2,126 nt of DNA from assembly GCA_000004985.1 (NCBI GenBank), contig GG739288.1; one strand, written 5' to 3'. The stretch comes from Naegleria gruberi (Eukaryota). Positions 1 through 2,126 of this stretch are shown piece after piece; positions within the stretch are counted from its first letter, which is position 1; each line of letters starts with the position of its first letter. A model generated the notes under the pieces. The model was given only the letters and a program-made list of their open reading frames with translations. It was not told the DNA's origin and searched no databases. A program made the translations under genes and the position numbers.

Positions 1-17
1 TTGAATTGTATCTGATT

Positions 18-938
18 TCAGTCAACTGGGTAAAACATCATTAAAGTCATGCTATCTGTAATTTCACAACTTTTAACAATCATCTGTTCCATTTTTTTCG
101 ATTTCAGCAGTTTTGAATCTTTAAACATGACACCTTCATCAACCACTAAAAAGTGTGATGCATCTTCCTCGTGTTTACATTCTTTAAAATTGCAAGTACC
201 CAATCCAAATTCTTCATCAAAGTAATGTGTAACAATCTTCTCAATTATCATTGGTGGAACACATTGACCCTCTTCTTCATCCAATGATTGTAAAATTGGG
301 TCATTTCTCTTGTATCTTCCCAGGGAATCATCTGGAGGCATTCTAAGCAAAGACTGTGAAATGTCTAAACAGTTATTAGGGTATATTACCCAAGTTACAT
401 CACTATCGTATTCAACTTCTTCCCAATCACTGTTTTTCCAGTATCTAATGTCATCTCTTTTACGAATTGAAGTTTTCAACCAAATCAAATCACTTTCTCC
501 AATAAAATGCTCACGATTTGTCAAGTTGAGCAGTTGAGTGTGACCTCTGTTGTTCATCACCAAGTATTGGGGTGTGAAATTTTGTGGAATTGGTTCTCTC
601 ATGTCAGCGTGAAATTCAAAGTGTGGACCAAGTGGCTTGCTACTCATTTGTTCTGAATCATTTTCTAGCAAAATCAAGGAAAATGGTTCGAAACTAATTG
701 GGCATGATAGGGTGTCACTCATACAATCCTCACAACAGTATGTGCTTGGGTCTAGTTCAGGAAACAATTCACAATAACAATGAATGCAAAAATATCTGTC
801 AACATGTTGATTTGATTGGATAAAGTAAACTTGTTCAAAGTGTGAGTTTTCTTTCAAGTTTCTTGTCGAGTTGTGTTTTGGCATTTTTTTTTCTTGTTGT
901 TTATTCGAATTGTTTAGTTGGCACTCGAATTTATTCAT
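18..938 (-). CDS. Hypothetical Cys-rich protein of 306 aa, family not recognised; stop TGA at 18-20
   Basis: This is an uninterrupted 930-nt ORF in AT-rich DNA, where stops are otherwise frequent. The ORF track's start at 945-947 is a TTG. The first ATG is at 936-938, in an A-rich context (ggaaaaaATGa, A at -3). The protein begins MNKFECQLNN... It contains the Cys cluster FCIHCYCELFPELDPSTYCCEDC and the motifs HVD and PHFEFHAD. No canonical splice donor interrupts the frame. Confidence 0.6.
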   Translation of the reverse strand: MNKFECQLNNSNKQQEKKMPKHNSTRNLKENSHFEQVYFIQSNQHVDRYFCIHCYCELFPELDPSTYCCEDCMSDTLSCPISFEPFSLILLENDSEQMSSKPLGPHFEFHADMREPIPQNFTPQYLVMNNRGHTQLLNLTNREHFIGESDLIWLKTSIRKRDDIRYWKNSDWEEVEYDSDVTWVIYPNNCLDISQSLLRMPPDDSLGRYKRNDPILQSLDEEEGQCVPPMIIEKIVTHYFDEEFGLGTCNFKECKHEEDASHFLVVDEGVMFKDSKLLKSKKMEQMIVKSCEITDSMTLMMFYPVD

Positions 939-1088
939 TTTTTCCAATAGATAAAAATAGTTTTTGGGATGAAAAACAAACTTTCATGTTTTAGAGCCAT
1001 CAATGATCCAATTTTGGATAATATCAAATCCAATATTTACATTTTCAATTCTTAATTAACCAAAAAAAACAACTTTTAGTAAAATTAC

Positions 1089-1094
1089 TTTATT
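1089..1094 (-). terminator. AATAAA polyadenylation-signal-like hexamer directly after the Rab-like stop (TAA TGA ATAAAG)
   Basis: Seen on the minus strand 3 nt after the stop. It is followed by a T-rich stretch (minus strand GTTTTTTTTGG, 1059..1069). Confidence 0.35.
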
Positions 1095-1096
1095 CA

Positions 1097-1495
1097 TTAA
1101 CAAATGATACATTTCTTCTCATTACCTTCCTTCTTTGCCTTCTTATCTGACAATTTTGTTGTGCTTGTTACTGTTGCTGCTTTAGGTTTATTATCCAAAT
1201 TCTTCTTAATTTCCAAAACCATTCTTATGAAAGCTTCCTCAACATTGGCCGAAGATTTTGCACTCGTCTCAATGAATGGCATATCATACCGGTTTGCTAA
1301 TTGTTCACCCTCTGAACGTTCAATTACTCTCTCAGCGGTTAGATCTGATTTACAACCAACCAAAAATTTTGTAATATCTACAGGAGCTGCCTTGTCAACT
1401 TCATTAATCCATTGACTGACATTATCGAAGGAGGATTGGTCAGTGATTGAGTAGGCGATAAATACACCGTGTGCATCTTTGAAATAACCTGGATG
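1097..1495 (-). CDS. Rab-like gene last exon (HPGYFKDAHGVFIAYSITDQSSF...LVGCKSDL...FIETSAKSSANVEEAF...KKCIIC), stop TAA 1097-1099 followed in frame by TGA
   Basis: Continuous frame covering Rab beta4-alpha5. The G5 motif ETSAK is conserved. The ORF track starts at an internal TTG (1361-1363), but the frame is open back to the acceptor at 1495. Confidence 0.85.
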   Translation of the reverse strand, partial: HPGYFKDAHGVFIAYSITDQSSFDNVSQWINEVDKAAPVDITKFLVGCKSDLTAERVIERSEGEQLANRYDMPFIETSAKSSANVEEAFIRMVLEIKKNLDNKPKAATVTSTTKLSDKKAKKEGNEKKCIIC

Positions 1496-1526
1496 CTGTT
1501 CGATAATTAGGTAAATAAACTTATAA

Positions 1527-1542
1527 GGTGGTTGGTTGGTTG
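1527..1542. repeat. Tetranucleotide repeat GGTG(GTTG)3; on the minus strand (CAAC)3CACC within intron 5
   Basis: Direct reading. Confidence 0.85.
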
Positions 1543-1549
1543 ACTTACA

Positions 1550-1577
1550 CTATTTCACAATTGTGAGCTATTTCACA
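1550..1577. repeat. Tandem ~18-bp duplication: CTATTTCACA at 1550-1559 and again at 1568-1577, enclosing the 10-bp perfect palindrome CACAATTGTG (1556-1565)
   Basis: Direct reading. It lies inside putative intron 5 of the minus-strand gene. Confidence 0.8.
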
Positions 1578-1599
1578 CCAAGAGTTGTAAAACACTTAC

Positions 1600-1609
1600 A
1601 TTTTCAATG
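1600..1609 (-). CDS. Possible 10-nt micro-exon CATTGAAAAT (A|IEN); the only frame-consistent canonical model
   Basis: Exon 4 leaves phase 2. Every candidate exon 6 acceptor (TAAG|TTT, ACAG|CAT, CCAG|GT) needs phase 0 or phase 1. The only GT donor in between is AAAAT|GTAAGT at 1599/1600. Only the 10-nt exon starting after tcAAG satisfies the frame. The 21-nt alternative (1600..1620, NAPSQALK, which aligns with Rab DTAGQERF) is off by one nucleotide. Confidence 0.2.
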
Positions 1610-1665
1610 CTTGACTAGGACTAATATCAAATATTAAGTAAATCATATGATAATGTCTTACTTAC
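1610..1665 (-). other. Intron 4 (45 nt if the acceptor is GATATTAG at 1621, 56 nt if the acceptor is TCAAG at 1610)
   Basis: The donor GTAAGTAAGAC is unambiguous. The acceptor choice is uncertain; see findings. Confidence 0.5.
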
Positions 1666-1769
1666 GCATTCCATATTTGTAATTTCAATGTTTTTCCATC
1701 CATTTCAATGGTACGAATTTTAAAGTCAACTCCGAGAGCGGAGTAATAAGTATCTGAGAAGGTATTGTC
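1666..1769 (-). CDS. Rab-like gene exon 4, switch I / beta2-beta3 ([34 protein letters not shown] + GC, phase 2 out)
   Basis: Strong match to Rab [24 protein letters not shown]. The exon ends at the perfect donor GC|GTAAGTAAG. Reading on in frame gives GCG TAA, a stop. Confidence 0.85.
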
Positions 1770-1812
1770 CTGAGAAAGGGGTAAGTTTGTGTGAAATATG
1801 TGGTTTACATAC
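1770..1812 (-). other. Intron 3 (43 nt), GTATGTAAACC...CTTTCTCAG
   Basis: GTATGT donor, pyrimidine tract, CAG acceptor. The ORF track reads through this intron. Confidence 0.8.
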
Positions 1813-1856
1813 AGAATAACGAAGGAGAAGTGATTTTGTTCCAACTTTACGATCAC
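1813..1856 (-). CDS. Rab-like gene exon 3, P-loop region ([15 protein letters not shown])
   Basis: GT GAT CGT AAA GTT GGA ACA AAA TCA CTT CTC CTT CGT TAT TCT. It aligns residue for residue with Rab GDSGVGKSCLLLRF. The ORF-track 'M' at 1854-1856 is a GTG. Confidence 0.8.
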
Positions 1857-1895
1857 CTAATATCATGTTTAGTTTAGTTTAGTTTCCCTACTTAC
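1857..1895 (-). other. Intron 2 (39 nt), GTAAGTAGGG...GATATTAG; contains (TAAAC)n
   Basis: Canonical GTAAGT donor and TAG acceptor. The intron interior is a pentanucleotide microsatellite. Confidence 0.7.
1867..1886. repeat. Pentanucleotide microsatellite (GTTTA)3GTTTC; on the minus strand (TAAAC)n inside intron 2
   Basis: Direct reading of plus 1867-1886. Confidence 0.9.
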
Positions 1896-1924
1896 CAAGG
1901 AAGAGTATTTTTACAAAATAATCA
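1896..1924 (-). CDS. Rab-like gene exon 2 (phase 2 in, phase 1 out)
   Basis: T GAT TAT TTT GTA AAA ATA CTC TTC CTT G encodes (Y)DYFVKILFL(G). This matches the Rab N-terminal beta-strand YDYLFKLLLIG. Confidence 0.7.
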
Positions 1925-1967
1925 CTACAAAGTTCAAATTACTACATGTCTGCAACAAATAACTTAC
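1925..1967 (-). other. Intron 1 (43 nt), GTAAGT...TTGTAG
   Basis: Canonical donor and acceptor. Splicing removes an in-frame TAA and joins MDPSY|DYFVKILFLG. Confidence 0.6.
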
Positions 1968-1981
1968 TATGATGGATCCAT
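1968..1981 (-). CDS. Rab-like gene exon 1 (ATG GAT CCA TCA TA, phase 2 out)
   Basis: ATG at 1979-1981 follows an A8 leader (aaaaaaaaATGG). Upstream, the reading frame of exon 2 hits an in-frame TAA, so an intron is required there. The donor GTAAGT follows immediately, on the minus strand at 1962-1967. TA|T completes Tyr of the conserved YDY. Confidence 0.6.
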
Positions 1982-2001
1982 TTTTTTTAAATTTGTGAAA
2001 A

Positions 2002-2051
2002 ATGAAACCTTTCAATAAAGGATTTATTCAAAAAGAGCGACCTCACTACTT
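2002..2051 (+). CDS. Possible first exon of a divergently oriented gene (MKPFNKGFIQKERPHY + TT, phase 2) running off the window
   Basis: ATG at 2002-2004 with an A-rich leader. The open frame abuts the GTAAGT donor. After the putative intron the frame continues TT|C TTC TAT TAT TGT. The coding region is very short, so support is weak. Confidence 0.2.
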
Positions 2052-2111
2052 GTAAGTACGAGAACATGATCTACTTCCAAACGAACTTTGACTAACTATG
2101 TTTCTACTTTA
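2052..2111 (+). other. Putative plus-strand intron (60 nt): GTAAGT donor, ACTAAC branch site at 2091-2096, pyrimidine tract, TAG acceptor at 2109-2111
   Basis: All three consensus spliceosomal intron elements are present with appropriate spacing. The branch A lies ~15 nt before the AG. Confidence 0.35.
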
Positions 2112-2126
2112 GCTTCTATTATTGTT

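Larger units (their letters stand above)
1496..1599 (-). other. Intron 5 (~104 nt), GTAAGTG...CCTAATTATCGAACAG; internally repetitive
   Basis: GTAAGT donor. A CTAAT branch-like motif lies 13 nt before the CAG acceptor. The intron contains an in-frame TAG, a second GTAAGT, an 18-bp tandem duplication and (CAAC)n. Confidence 0.55.
1097..1981 (-). other. Rab-family small-GTPase-like gene locus, 6 exons and 5 micro-introns; predicted 199 aa under the micro-exon model
   Basis: Translation of the minus strand across splice junctions gives MDPSYDYFVKILFLG|[14 protein letters not shown]|[35 protein letters not shown]|(IEN)|HPGYFKDAHGVFIAYSITDQSSFDNVSQWINEVDKAAPVDITKFLVGCKSDLTAERVIERSEGEQLANRYDMPFIETSAKSSANVEEAFIRMVLEIKKNLDNKPKAATVTSTTKLSDKKAKKEGNEKKCIIC. 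It is collinear with Rab1/Rab8-type proteins (YDYLFKLLLIGDSGVGKS...[23 protein letters not shown]...YYRGAHGII.VYD.TD..SF.N...W...ETSAK). Exon lengths are 14+29+44+104+10+399 = 600 nt, which keeps the frame. Confidence 0.8.

Noticed and set aside
310-537. Plus-strand 75-aa ORF (TTG start)
   Set aside because: It lies entirely antisense inside the much longer minus-strand ORF 18..938. It has a TTG start, a low-complexity Ser/Leu-rich product and no homology cues. It is most likely a shadow ORF.
941-962. TATA-like element (minus strand CTATTTTTATCTATT) upstream of the 306-aa ORF
   Set aside because: It sits only ~10-25 nt from the ATG, which is too close to be assigned confidently as a TATA box. 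AT-rich intergenic DNA produces such strings frequently.
1104-1415. Plus-strand 103-aa ORF (MIHFFSLPSFFAFLSDNFVV...)
   Set aside because: It is antisense to the strongly Rab-homologous last exon on the minus strand. Its hydrophobic, low-complexity product is typical of an antisense shadow frame in AT-rich coding sequence.
1496-1620. Reading the last exon's frame further upstream (…CKSTNQPPYKFIYLIIEQHPGYF…) as coding
   Set aside because: The extension shows no Rab similarity. It hits an in-frame TAG at the second TGTGAAATAG. It is better explained as intron 5 sequence ending at the ACAG acceptor.
1600-1665. GC-AG intron model (AAT|GCGTAAGT donor) that would give an in-frame IWN-SSIEN-HPG junction
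   Set aside because: It is frame-consistent, but it requires ignoring a perfect GTAAGT donor two nucleotides downstream in favour of a rare GC donor with poor consensus. I kept it only as a remote alternative.
1780-1790. Plus-strand GGTAAGTTTGT donor-like motif
   Set aside because: It lies inside minus-strand intron 3, with no supporting plus-strand open frame or acceptor. It is most likely chance in AT-rich sequence.
1770-1856. N-terminal part of the ORF-track entry 1662..1856 ([29 protein letters not shown])
   Set aside because: The 'M' is a GTG. The segment reads straight through intron 3 (GTATGT...CAG). Only the part from DNTFSD onward is exon. The exon upstream is in a different phase ([15 protein letters not shown]).
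1-2126. Prokaryotic interpretation (operon, Shine-Dalgarno sites, CRISPR array, IS elements)
   Set aside because: The sequence shows multiple canonical spliceosomal introns, an AATAAA signal and A-rich ATG contexts. It shows no RBS-like motifs, terminal inverted repeats or spacer-repeat arrays. The direct repeats present are short microsatellites inside introns.

Overview
This AT-rich window reads as eukaryotic nuclear DNA from a compact genome with very short introns, not prokaryotic DNA. The supplied ORF track uses bacterial start codons, so several of its 'M' starts are actually TTG or GTG, and it breaks the split gene into fragments. Two genes lie on the minus strand. (1) An intronless 306-codon ORF (18..938) encodes a Cys-rich protein I cannot assign to a family. 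(2) A six-exon Rab-family small-GTPase-like gene spans 1097..1981, and I reconstructed it exon by exon. Its introns are 39-56 nt with GTAAGT/GTATGT donors and YAG acceptors, plus one ~104-nt intron. The predicted product starts [62 protein letters not shown]... and ends ...ETSAKSSANVEEAF...KKCIIC. The fold-defining Rab segments are retained. However, every nucleotide-contact motif carries a substitution at the conserved position: the P-loop is GDRKVGTKS instead of GDSGVGKS, the switch-I Thr is replaced by Ala, the DTAGQ motif is absent, and NKxD is replaced by CKSD. The ORF is otherwise intact, so this looks like a candidate pseudo-GTPase rather than a decayed pseudogene. The exon 4 to exon 6 junction is not cleanly resolved. 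With canonical splice sites, the reading frame closes only if there is a 10-nt micro-exon with a weak AAG acceptor. The two genes sit tail-to-head 158 bp apart, and an AATAAA follows directly after the Rab stop codon. At the right edge, the plus strand carries a textbook GTAAGT...ACTAAC...TAG intron (2052..2111). It is preceded by an ATG-initiated mini-exon only 20 bp from the Rab ATG, which suggests a divergent head-to-head gene running off the window. I did not see rRNA, tRNA, CRISPR or transposon signatures.
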